The notes under the pieces are model-generated. The model worked only from the letters and a program-made list of their open reading frames with translations. It was not told the DNA's origin and did not search any database. Source: Rubripirellula sp. (GTDB lineage Bacteria > Planctomycetota > Planctomycetia > Pirellulales > Pirellulaceae). From it: a DNA stretch of 64,000 bases. The stretch is from positions 7,296,001 through 7,360,000 of the forward strand of contig OZ244207.1 in NCBI GenBank assembly GCA_965216875.1, written 5' to 3'. The number at the start of each line of letters is the position of its first letter. The first letter of the stretch is position 1. Shown one piece after another: positions 1-8,885 of the stretch. The position numbers were made by a program, and so were the translations under genes.

Positions 1-2
1 GC

Positions 3-836
3 ACGCTTGCGGCGGTCGAAACCGGCAAGCGGGTCGCACTGGCAAACAAAGAAACGCTCGTTGTTGCCGGACCGCTCGTGAATGCGGCGGCGGGAGCCAA
101 TGGAAGCGAGATTTTGCCGGTTGATAGCGAGCATTCGGCGATCTTCCAGTGCATTGGCGAATCGGCAGCGCCTCCCAAAAAGCTAATCCTGACCGCCAGC
201 GGTGGCCCGTTTCGAGAGTGGACGACCGCCCAGATGGACGAGGCGACGCCCGAGTCGGCACTTAACCACCCGACTTGGCAAATGGGACGAAAAATCACGA
301 TCGATTCGGCCACCATGATGAACAAAGCGCTCGAAATCATCGAAGCCCGCTGGCTTTTCGGGCTGCCCGCCGAGGCGATCGAAGTGGTCGTCCACCCGCA
401 ATCGATTATCCACTCGATGGTCGAATTCGAGGACGGATCGGTGATTTCACAGATGAGTCCGCCCGATATGCGGATGCCGATTCAGTACGCGTTGACCTAT
501 CCAAGACGGTTGCCTTGTCCGGCGGAAACGCTCGATCGAGGCAAAAGTTGGGATCTGACGCTCCAGCCCGCCGATTTGGAACGGTTTCCCGCATTGCAAC
601 TCGGTTTTGAGGTCGCTGCCGCTGGCGGTACGGCCGGCGCGGTGGTCAATGCGGCAAATGAAGAGGCAGTCGGTCTGTTCCTCGACGGCCAAATCCGGTT
701 TACTGACATTGTTCCTGCCTGCCGAAACGCGTTGGAAAGCCACACATTTGACGCCAATCCACCCCTCAGCCGGTTGCTGGAACTGGATTCTTGGGCCAGA
801 GCCGAGGTAAGAAACGGCTGTGGAATTCGAAGATAG
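3..836 (+). CDS. dxr: 1-deoxy-D-xylulose-5-phosphate reductoisomerase (5'-truncated by window edge)
   Basis: Frame is open from base 3 (…[14 protein letters not shown]); [40 protein letters not shown] motifs; followed by rseP as is usual. Confidence 0.97.
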   Translation, partial: TLAAVETGKRVALANKETLVVAGPLVNAAAGANGSEILPVDSEHSAIFQCIGESAAPPKKLILTASGGPFREWTTAQMDEATPESALNHPTWQMGRKITIDSATMMNKALEIIEARWLFGLPAEAIEVVVHPQSIIHSMVEFEDGSVISQMSPPDMRMPIQYALTYPRRLPCPAETLDRGKSWDLTLQPADLERFPALQLGFEVAAAGGTAGAVVNAANEEAVGLFLDGQIRFTDIVPACRNALESHTFDANPPLSRLLELDSWARAEVRNGCGIRR

Positions 837-1091
837 CGTGTCGCCCGCGACCCCCTCGGCTCCCCAACACGTAACAATTTCAGCTCAAACAGCTTGAACC
901 ACGGTCTGTCGGTCAAGTATTTAGAGGCTGGAACGGTTGAAAGAGGACCACCGGTTGGGGCCAATTGACTGCGATACTTGGCTGCGGAACTGGGCTGGGC
1001 CACCAGCTCGACCGACTAACTGGGCCGATTCGTTCCCAGCACCGACAGCGACCCTCGAGGTCGATAGCAAAATACAAAGGTAATCCCGCTC

Positions 1092-3242
1092 ATGTTGTTC
1101 GACGCGATCCTTTCCGCCTTACCGTTGGCCGACTCAGAACCTGGCATGTTGTCAGGACTTGTGGCCACGATTTGGGTTTGGTTCAAAGTCGCCCTCGGAA
1201 TTGGCTTGGTCATCTTTGTCCACGAACTCGGCCACTTCGTTGCTGCCAAGACCTTTGGCGTGAAGTGTGAAAAGTTCTACATCGGGTTTGATGTGCCGCT
1301 GCGACTCGGGCCGATCAAATTGCCCCGAACACTTGGGAAATTCACGTACGGCGAAACCGAGTATGGCATTGGTATTTTGCCGCTGGGTGGATACGTGAAA
1401 ATGCTGGGACAGGATGACGACCCACGCAAGCTCGAAGAAGAAGCCAAACGGGCACGCGCCGAAGGCAGCGAAGACGACGAAGCGCCCCAGTTTGATCCGC
1501 GCAGTTATCCCGCTCAGCCTGTTTGGCAACGAATGATCATCATTTCTGCCGGCGTGGTGATGAATGTCATCACCGGCGTTCTGTTTGCTGCGGGCGCCTA
1601 TTTCTTTGGCGTGGCGTACAACCCAGCGGTCATCGGCGGTGTCACGCCGGGTGGCCCCGCGTGGCAAGCCGGCATCGAACCAGGTGGCCAAGTGGTTTCC
1701 GCAGGCAATCTTCATCAAGAAGAAATGCACTTTCGGGAAATGAAGATGGCCATCCTGACCGAAGGATTGGACAACCCCGACAAGCCGATCGACGTCGCCA
1801 TCAAGTACGACGACGGTGTTCGCAACTACCAGTTGATGTCAGCTCCGATTCCCGAAGACAAGTCGGTGCGGATGATTGGCATCACCAGTCCAACGTCGAC
1901 AACACTCAGCGACACCGACTACGTCTTGCCAGGCACGATCGCTTCGACCGTTTTCGAAGCGGGCGATGCTGGGGCGACCGTGATTGCCTTTGATGGTACG
2001 CCCATTAACGAAGACTCGATTGTTCCCGGCGCACCTCTGTTTGACCACCTTTATTCCAATCCAAACAAGTCCGTCACACTGACGTTGCGACGAGCCGACG
2101 GATCAGAGCGCGATCTCGAGTTGCCGCCCCAGCCGAACAAGACGATGGGGATCCGGTTTGGCATCGGACCGATCGCTGCGATGATCAAAGACGGGCCGGC
2201 TGAAAAAGCAGGCGTTCAGGTTGGCGACGTGATCGTCGCGGTCAACGGTGACAATGAAATCGATGCGTTCGGACTCCCTTTGACGCTCGCAGGCGTGAGC
2301 GACGATGTTGCACTCACGGTCAAACGCGGTGAAGGTGACAAGGCGGAAACCATTGACGTCACCATCAGCCCATCGGACGCGCTGCAGACGCTCGAACCGA
2401 GTGCTGGAATCAACGGGCAAATCGCGATCAACGCCTTGGGACTCAGTTATCGTCCCAACGCGTTTGTTCAGAAATTGGTCGGCGGTGGCGACGCGGATAC
2501 CAGCGAAGACGCTGACGCAGAAGACGATCAAGACTCGTTGAAGGTTGGCGATCAGATCAAGAAGGTCAAGCTGCTTTGGGAAGAAGATGAGGTCCCCGAA
2601 GAACTACAACACGAACGCTATGAAACGCACATTGCAATGTTGCGGGAAGGTTGGGAATTCAAATCGACGTCACCGCTGAGCGTCTTCTTGGACACGATGC
2701 AAATCCTGCCCGAAGGGACCGAGATGCAAGTCTGGGCCACTCGTGACGGACGCGTGGTGACCACCCAGATCAAGCTGCAGCAGGATGATCGTTACGCCTT
2801 CCAACGTGGAATCGGATTCACGGCCGCGCAAGTGATTCAGGTTGCCGATGGCCCCGCCGAAGCGCTCGCACTCGGATACGCCGAATCGAAACGCCGACTT
2901 TCTGACGTCGTGAGATTCTTGAAGATGTTGCCGCAGGGCAAAGTCAAACTGCGTCACGTTGGTGGCCCATTGGCGATCGTTCACATTGCCAAGAAAGAAA
3001 CTGAACTTGGCATCTCACGTCAGTTGTTGTTCCTGACGATGCTGAGCATGAACCTTGCGATTTTGAACTTCTTGCCCATCCCCGCGCTCGACGGCGGGCA
3101 CATGATGTTCCTGCTCTACGAAGCGGTCAAAGGAAAGCGTGCCGACGAACAAATCGAATTCCGATTGACGCTCGCCGGGGTGATCGCTCTGCTGACCTTA
3201 ATGGTGGTCGTCTTCGCCAACGACATCTTCCAACGACTCTAG
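1092..3242 (+). CDS. rseP: Site-2 (M50) intramembrane zinc metalloprotease with multiple PDZ domains
   Basis: HELGH, PLGGYVKM and NFLPIPALDGGH motifs; PDZ signatures (GPAWQAGIEPG, GPAEKAGVQVGDVI); downstream of dxr. Confidence 0.93.
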   Translation: MLFDAILSALPLADSEPGMLSGLVATIWVWFKVALGIGLVIFVHELGHFVAAKTFGVKCEKFYIGFDVPLRLGPIKLPRTLGKFTYGETEYGIGILPLGGYVKMLGQDDDPRKLEEEAKRARAEGSEDDEAPQFDPRSYPAQPVWQRMIIISAGVVMNVITGVLFAAGAYFFGVAYNPAVIGGVTPGGPAWQAGIEPGGQVVSAGNLHQEEMHFREMKMAILTEGLDNPDKPIDVAIKYDDGVRNYQLMSAPIPEDKSVRMIGITSPTSTTLSDTDYVLPGTIASTVFEAGDAGATVIAFDGTPINEDSIVPGAPLFDHLYSNPNKSVTLTLRRADGSERDLELPPQPNKTMGIRFGIGPIAAMIKDGPAEKAGVQVGDVIVAVNGDNEIDAFGLPLTLAGVSDDVALTVKRGEGDKAETIDVTISPSDALQTLEPSAGINGQIAINALGLSYRPNAFVQKLVGGGDADTSEDADAEDDQDSLKVGDQIKKVKLLWEEDEVPEELQHERYETHIAMLREGWEFKSTSPLSVFLDTMQILPEGTEMQVWATRDGRVVTTQIKLQQDDRYAFQRGIGFTAAQVIQVADGPAEALALGYAESKRRLSDVVRFLKMLPQGKVKLRHVGGPLAIVHIAKKETELGISRQLLFLTMLSMNLAILNFLPIPALDGGHMMFLLYEAVKGKRADEQIEFRLTLAGVIALLTLMVVVFANDIFQRL

Positions 3243-3272
3243 CGGTTGGTCGATCTCTGAAGGTGATGCTAA

Positions 3273-3464
3273 CCGTGAACCGAACGCGCTAGTAGCGTTT
3301 GGCCTTTCACCTTCGTCGTCCGGTTCAAATCCAAAACACCCTCCCTCCGGGAGAGTCGCGAGGAACGAGCGGGGAGGGCGATACAAGATTGAATCGCCGC
3401 ACGAAGAGCCGCAACGAAACCTCCCCAGGCTTTAGCGCCCGACCCTCCTTGAAAAGGAGGGTGT
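3273..3464. repeat. Intergenic REP-like composite: degenerate family C unit plus a long CCCTCC…GGAGGG inverted-repeat element
   Basis: gtgaaccgaacgcgctag at 3275; acaccctcc (3336-3344) pairs with ggagggtgt (3456-3464), with inner hairpins; lies between convergent genes. Confidence 0.75.
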
Positions 3465-3504
3465 CGAAGTGTGATTGTCGCTGAGTCACATTCCGGAAAG
3501 AACT

Positions 3505-4311
3505 TCAGCTTCCTGAGACCTGGCTACTGAAACTTGTTTTCTGACCCGGTGGTTGATATGGGTTGGTTGAAAAGTGCGGCTCGCTTGGAAGGGGCGACGA
3601 CATTTCGCAGATGATTGAGCGTTGGCCACACGCGATTTCCTCGATCGATTGTGCAAGCTCCTCAGCTTCGCGGCGGCGCTTTCGGCTCGCCAAATGACCC
3701 AAGGTGTAGTCGCGATACGTGATCATCAGTTCTTGGATGCGATCCTGTGTGCGTATTTCCAAGACGACCATGTGACTCGGTGTGTACCAACCCGAATTGC
3801 GCACCGTCTCGACCTCTACCGAGAGGATCGCTTCCTTGGGAAGGGCATACTCGGCGGCATCGCCACTCATCCAAATGCCATCCTCGTCCACAACGATGAG
3901 CATCAGGTCTTTGGCGGTTTCGAGCGATTGACGACCGATCGATTCGCGGGGGACCCATTCAACAACGCGCGCCGTTTCAAGCTGCTTGTCGTCGACCAGT
4001 CGATCACGACGACGAGATACATGCCGCCTTAGTCGCGCGCAAAGCAGAAGGTTCAGCGGCCACTCGGGATAGACCAAAAGCAGCAGGATTTGGACAAAGA
4101 ACCAGACTGGGGAAAGCGGCAACAAGCACCAGCCCAAGGCGGGGTGGACGCCGCCCAGATAGAGTCCACCAAACAGCAGCAGTGCCCAGCCAGTTTGAAG
4201 CAGGACGAGCAATCCGCTGTGCCACAACAGGCTCGAGAGTCCCAGCACACGCCCCCAGTGGTCATGGTTGACCGCAACGATGGTCGCGTGATTGGGGGAC
4301 TTTTTGAGCAT
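3505..4311 (-). CDS. Hypothetical membrane protein (2 TM plus soluble domain)
   Basis: ORF with two hydrophobic segments and a C-terminal NPYQPP motif; start uncertain (ATG 4311 or TTG 4326). Confidence 0.7.
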   Translation of the reverse strand: MLKKSPNHATIVAVNHDHWGRVLGLSSLLWHSGLLVLLQTGWALLLFGGLYLGGVHPALGWCLLPLSPVWFFVQILLLLVYPEWPLNLLLCARLRRHVSRRRDRLVDDKQLETARVVEWVPRESIGRQSLETAKDLMLIVVDEDGIWMSGDAAEYALPKEAILSVEVETVRNSGWYTPSHMVVLEIRTQDRIQELMITYRDYTLGHLASRKRRREAEELAQSIEEIACGQRSIICEMSSPLPSEPHFSTNPYQPPGQKTSFSSQVSGS

Positions 4312-4579
4312 GACGAATCCGAACAAGTCGCAGCGAATAGAGATCCATCACCTTAATGCCGCGTGCACCGTACCTCACCTCGAATTCCTATTGCACGGCA
4401 AGAAATCACGTGCGCGACCGTCACGACCGATACAACCGTTGATCCAGTCGAAAACAAACGGTTGCCATTGGTCCAGTTTGCTCGTCAAAACCGACTCTGA
4501 CGTAGCGTTGCATAGAGTCTGCGCGAATCTCACCTACCCGCGAAGGGCGTGGTGCGCAGGCAATGGGGCACGAGAAACA

Positions 4580-5827
4580 ATGGCATCACCGCACGCGAAT
4601 ATCGTTACACCTTCAGGCGACTTCCCTGTCCTCGCTGGCCGGGTCAACACGCCCAAAAAGGCACACAGTCAAGGCGCCCAACGAGCGCCTCGGGATTCGT
4701 ATGTGATGATCGTTGACGATGAATCGGTCAACATCGACGTGGTTCAGGCCTATTTGGAAGAAGACGGCTACTGCAATTTTGTGTCGACCTGCGATTCGAC
4801 GACGGCAATCGCGATGGTCAAGCTGCATCGTCCCGACGTGCTGCTGCTCGACATCAACATGCCACACGTCACCGGTCTAGACATCCTCGAAGCGATGCAA
4901 GGCGATACGGATCTTTGCCGCATTCCTGTTGTGATCCTGACCGCCGAAACGAGTTCGGCGACGAAACTGCAAGCACTGCGACTGGGCGCATCCGAAATCC
5001 TCGCCAAACCAGTCGATCCAAGCGAACTCGCGTTGCGAGTCGAAAACGTTCTGGCAGCCAAGGCGTACCAAGACCACTTGGCGGAATATAGCGAACGACT
5101 CGAACACCAGGTTCGCGTTCGCACCGAAGAACTCCTGCGATCGCGTCAGGAAGCGATTCACTGCCTCGCTCGCGCCGCCGAGTATCGTGACGACGACACG
5201 GGCCATCACGTCACACGTGTTGGCAAGTATTCGGCGATCATTGCCGACGAACTCGGCTTTCCGCGTGCCGCAGTCGAACTCATTGAACAAGCCGCCCAGC
5301 TTCATGACGTTGGCAAGATCGGCATTCCTGACTCCATTTTGCACAAGCCAGGGAAGCTTGAGAAAACGGAATTCGAATTGATGCAGCGACACTGCGGCAT
5401 CGGCCAACGAATCATTCATCCACTGAGTGAGGACGATTCCGCTCAAATCCGCGAGCATACGTCGGTCGGCATGAGGATCATGGCGTCGACCACATCGCCA
5501 GTGCTGAAAATGGCGGCGATGATCGCGCAAACACACCATGAAAAATGGAATGGTCAGGGATACCCGGTCGGACTTTCCGGAACCGATATCCCAATCGAAG
5601 GTCGGATTGTTGCGGTTGCTGATGTGTTCGACGCGCTTAGCAGCAAACGACCCTACAAAGACGCGTTTCCAATCGACAAGTGCATCGAGATCTTAATCGA
5701 TGGACGGGGCTCACATTTCGATCCACGCGTGTTGGACGCTTTCCTTGCAAGGAGAGAAGAAATCATCGAGATACGCCAGCAATGTATGGAAGTTCTTGAT
5801 TCCCCGCAGCCCGATGAGAGTTTCTGA
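4580..5827 (+). CDS. Response regulator with HD-GYP c-di-GMP phosphodiesterase domain (RpfG-like)
   Basis: Receiver (IVDDE, LLDINMP, KP) plus HDVGKIG, HHEKWNGQGYP, ADVFDAL, RPYK; ATG 4580 chosen over the long ORF-track start. Confidence 0.93.
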   Translation: MASPHANIVTPSGDFPVLAGRVNTPKKAHSQGAQRAPRDSYVMIVDDESVNIDVVQAYLEEDGYCNFVSTCDSTTAIAMVKLHRPDVLLLDINMPHVTGLDILEAMQGDTDLCRIPVVILTAETSSATKLQALRLGASEILAKPVDPSELALRVENVLAAKAYQDHLAEYSERLEHQVRVRTEELLRSRQEAIHCLARAAEYRDDDTGHHVTRVGKYSAIIADELGFPRAAVELIEQAAQLHDVGKIGIPDSILHKPGKLEKTEFELMQRHCGIGQRIIHPLSEDDSAQIREHTSVGMRIMASTTSPVLKMAAMIAQTHHEKWNGQGYPVGLSGTDIPIEGRIVAVADVFDALSSKRPYKDAFPIDKCIEILIDGRGSHFDPRVLDAFLARREEIIEIRQQCMEVLDSPQPDESF

Positions 5828-5831
5828 GACG

Positions 5832-6293
5832 ATGGACACTTCGACTTCCCCATGCCGTGACATTCTTGTTGTCGACGATTCGGAAATGATTCGTCGCTAC
5901 CTCAAAGTAACGCTCGAGCGGGATGGGTACGAAGTACGCACCTGCAGCGACGCGTCCCAAGCCTGTTGGGAAATCGATTCACGCCCACCCGATTACGTTC
6001 TTAGCGATTGGCAAATGCCAAACATGAACGGAGTGGAACTCTGCCAATGGGTACGCGAACAACACATCTCGCAATACATCTACTTTCTGCTGATGACCGC
6101 CCACACTCGTGTCTTTGATCTCGTGGATGGATTGGACGCCGGTGCGGACGACTATGTCCAAAAGCCCATCAAGATCAACGAACTGCTGGCGCGGCTTCGC
6201 TGTGGCGAACGGATTCTCAAACTCGAACGACGCCTACGCTCGCTGGCTGGCAAAGACCAAGACCCCGCAGCACTCAGCGGCGACATCGAGTAG
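5832..6293 (+). CDS. Stand-alone response regulator receiver with short C-terminal helix
   Basis: VVDDS, SDWQMP, GADDYVQKP; starts 4 nt after the upstream stop. Confidence 0.9.
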   Translation: MDTSTSPCRDILVVDDSEMIRRYLKVTLERDGYEVRTCSDASQACWEIDSRPPDYVLSDWQMPNMNGVELCQWVREQHISQYIYFLLMTAHTRVFDLVDGLDAGADDYVQKPIKINELLARLRCGERILKLERRLRSLAGKDQDPAALSGDIE

Positions 6294-6310
6294 AGATTCT
6301 TCCTCTTCCT

Positions 6311-6375
6311 CGTTACCACGCTCCGCGTGGTAACGCACACTCGGACGCTCCGCGTCCCTAGCGCGTTCGGCTCAC
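6311..6375. repeat. REP-like composite (family B hairpins plus reverse family C half)
   Basis: cgttaccacg-ctccg-cgtggtaacg hairpin at 6311-6335; cggacgctccgcgtcc at 6342-6357; ctagcgcgttcggctcac at 6358-6375. Confidence 0.8.
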
Positions 6376-6377
6376 AA

Positions 6378-7376
6378 TCACTCAACTTGCAATTGCACTT
6401 CAAAGCGGCCGGTGTGATCCGCGGCGCCACAGCTCATACCAGGCGTGTTGTGTTGCATCACAATTTCGCCCTCACGCGACACAGCAATGATCCCACCGAC
6501 GCCCGCTTTGAGTCGATGGGTCATGATTTCGGTGACCGCATCGGGCAGCGACTTCTTGGCGTAACGCATTTGAGCGACAATGTCATAGGCAACGGCGTGG
6601 CGAATGTACTCTTCACCGATGCCGGTTCCCGAAACGGCGCAGGTGTCATTGGCTGCGTAAGTTCCGGCGCCAACAATGGGCGAATCACCAACGCGCCCGG
6701 CCAACTTCTTCGTTGTCCCGCCGGTGCTTGTTCCGGCGGCAAGGTTGCCATGGCTGTCGAGCGCCACGCAACCGACTGTGCCCAACTTGGATTCTTCGTC
6801 TGGCGAGGGTGGTGGTGCCACTTCGCGATTGTGCAACCAATTCTTGTAGCTCAGAAAGTACTCCGGTTCGACAAGTTCGACACCCTGCTCTTTGGCAAAC
6901 TGATTGGCTCCGGGTCCGGCCAGCAACACATGTTTGGTTTCGGATGAGACTAGCCGGGCAAGCGAGATCGGGTTTTTAGCGTTGGTGACTCCGGCCACCG
7001 CGCCGCAGGCAAGTTGGCTTCCGTCCATGATGGAGGCATCAAGCTCGGCTTTGCCTTCGACCGTGACGACCGCACCACGGCCAGCATTGAACCGAGCGTC
7101 GTCTTCCATCACCACGATGGCTGCTTCGACCGCATCCATGGCAGTACCACCCTTGGCCAAAATGTCGCGGCCAGCCGTGAGCGCACGCTCGAGTCCCTCG
7201 AGTCGGCCGTTCTTCTTTGCCTCGTCCCACTTCGCGGAATTCCCGCCAGCGCCTCCATGAATGACAATCGCATAGGTCGTTTCTTGTTGGGCCTCAACCG
7301 ATTCCAAATGCATCACCATCCCCAACAGAACCAAACATGGCGTTAGCAGCCTCGAACGTACAACAAACAAGATCAT
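6378..7376 (-). CDS. iaaA: Isoaspartyl peptidase / L-asparaginase (Ntn hydrolase), with probable signal peptide
   Basis: IHGGAG, FNAGRG, ELDASIMDG, G|TVG autocleavage site, TSTGG, GRVGDSP, SGTG. Confidence 0.92.
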   Translation of the reverse strand: MILFVVRSRLLTPCLVLLGMVMHLESVEAQQETTYAIVIHGGAGGNSAKWDEAKKNGRLEGLERALTAGRDILAKGGTAMDAVEAAIVVMEDDARFNAGRGAVVTVEGKAELDASIMDGSQLACGAVAGVTNAKNPISLARLVSSETKHVLLAGPGANQFAKEQGVELVEPEYFLSYKNWLHNREVAPPPSPDEESKLGTVGCVALDSHGNLAAGTSTGGTTKKLAGRVGDSPIVGAGTYAANDTCAVSGTGIGEEYIRHAVAYDIVAQMRYAKKSLPDAVTEIMTHRLKAGVGGIIAVSREGEIVMQHNTPGMSCGAADHTGRFEVQLQVE

Positions 7377-7458
7377 CTCCTCGGTGGTTCATCCCTTGCA
7401 GCATTGTATTGGAAGGGGATCGAGCATCGAGACAAGGCTCGGAAGGAGACGGACGATT

Positions 7459-7539
7459 GCCACAAAAAACACAAGAATGCACAAAAAGGGAAGTCCTGCC
7501 GCATCTCTTCTATCCGTGTGATTCGTGAGATCCGTGGTT
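7459..7539. repeat. REP-like element with 9-bp periodic arms (family F)
   Basis: gccacaaaaaacacaagaatgcacaaa … atccgtgtgattcgtgagatccgtggtt; the right arm is approximately the reverse complement of 58270-58297. Confidence 0.65.
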
Positions 7540-7574
7540 CCTTCTTCACAACTCACTTCCATCCCTGCGGCGTC

Positions 7575-8876
7575 TTATCGCTGGATCGAAAGTTCGATCT
7601 CATCGATGGTTGATAGCGGGGTTTCGAAATGACTTTGTCCCAAACTTGCGTTGGAAGTCGACCCTGTGGAACCGCCGCGGTTTTTGATCGCTGCACCGCC
7701 GACCCATTGTTTGTTTCCGCCGACACGGAAACGTGACGCGATGCCGGCGTCGGCCACGCCAGCTTGATCAAGGACCAACGAAAACGAGTTGCCAACGTCA
7801 AGCGGACCGCCATCCATCGGAACGAGAGTCAAGCCGTTTTCACTCGCGGAGGAACCGCAATGATGCTGGCCGTCCAAGACCGAAACGTAGACGGCCAGTG
7901 GCAAGAACTCTTTGATTTGCGTCTTGGTCTCGGCACCATTGACCAACACGTTGGCTTTGGGTGGTTTTGCGAACTTTGTTGCGATGCCAGTCGGTCGTGA
8001 AAATTCGACGCCATCAAAATAGAAACGATGGCGTCCACCGAAACGTCGGATTTCAAAGTGATCAATTTCGTCGAGCGGCATTTGGAAGTAGGTGCCTTGC
8101 CGCGTGCGTTCTTGGGGAAACTTGTATGAAAGATGATCGATCACGCGGCGGCCGAATTTGCTGACGGCACTGATTTGGTAGGCAACGTCTGGTCCGATCC
8201 CTTCCGTTTCAAACTCGGCCGAGCTTTCACTGGTGAACGAATTTGCGGTCTCCACAAATCCTTTGTCCGAAGACCAGCCGTGAGTGCCTTCACGCACGTC
8301 GGAAAGGCGTAGCGTTCCTTCGCCAATTTTCACTTCGGCGCCTTTGCTCGGATCCAACCGGTAGATCTCGTCGGCGCTGTCATAACTATTGAGCCGGAAC
8401 CAAAGGTCGAGCTTGGTGGGCAGTTCTTTGCCCAGTCCGTAGATTTGCAGTGTCATGTCATCGATCACACGCCAGCCGTAGGCAGGGTCAACCCGGTTGA
8501 GCAATTCGCGTTTGGCATGATCAAAGACGCGAACATTGATCAAGTCAATCTGTTCGATCCCGGGCCCAAGTGTGACCTGAGCGACATCAAGCCAGGGGGC
8601 CGCAGTAACAAGCTGTTGGGCGTTGGCAACGGCGGCGTCTTTCAATTCCTCGCCGCGTCCGGTCGTGACCTTGATGGCGCCCGAGCGGCCATTGCGAGCG
8701 ACCGATTCGATCCGGATTTGGTTGGGCCCCATCTTTGCCGTGCGCCCAAAGAACGGCTGCGCTTCTTCGTACGACGCAATCGAATGCGTTTCCGGCTTTT
8801 GCAATAGAGTGAAGGCAAGCCCGGCGATGGCACAGAGCGTGACCAAACCAAAAATGATCTTCAGAGAAAACTGCAT
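7575..8876 (-). CDS. Hypothetical membrane-anchored protein
   Basis: 433-aa ORF with N-terminal MQFSLK plus a TM helix; 9 nt downstream of the upstream gene. Confidence 0.8.
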   Translation of the reverse strand: MQFSLKIIFGLVTLCAIAGLAFTLLQKPETHSIASYEEAQPFFGRTAKMGPNQIRIESVARNGRSGAIKVTTGRGEELKDAAVANAQQLVTAAPWLDVAQVTLGPGIEQIDLINVRVFDHAKRELLNRVDPAYGWRVIDDMTLQIYGLGKELPTKLDLWFRLNSYDSADEIYRLDPSKGAEVKIGEGTLRLSDVREGTHGWSSDKGFVETANSFTSESSAEFETEGIGPDVAYQISAVSKFGRRVIDHLSYKFPQERTRQGTYFQMPLDEIDHFEIRRFGGRHRFYFDGVEFSRPTGIATKFAKPPKANVLVNGAETKTQIKEFLPLAVYVSVLDGQHHCGSSASENGLTLVPMDGGPLDVGNSFSLVLDQAGVADAGIASRFRVGGNKQWVGGAAIKNRGGSTGSTSNASLGQSHFETPLSTIDEIELSIQR

Positions 8877-8885
8877 TGAATGTTC

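Noticed and set aside
4292..4579. Long N-terminal extensions in the ORF track (also 10434-10694, 17451-17708, 40276-40482, 50146-50334, 51503-51862)
   Set aside because: They overlap neighbouring genes or promoters; downstream starts give clean signal peptides or domain boundaries
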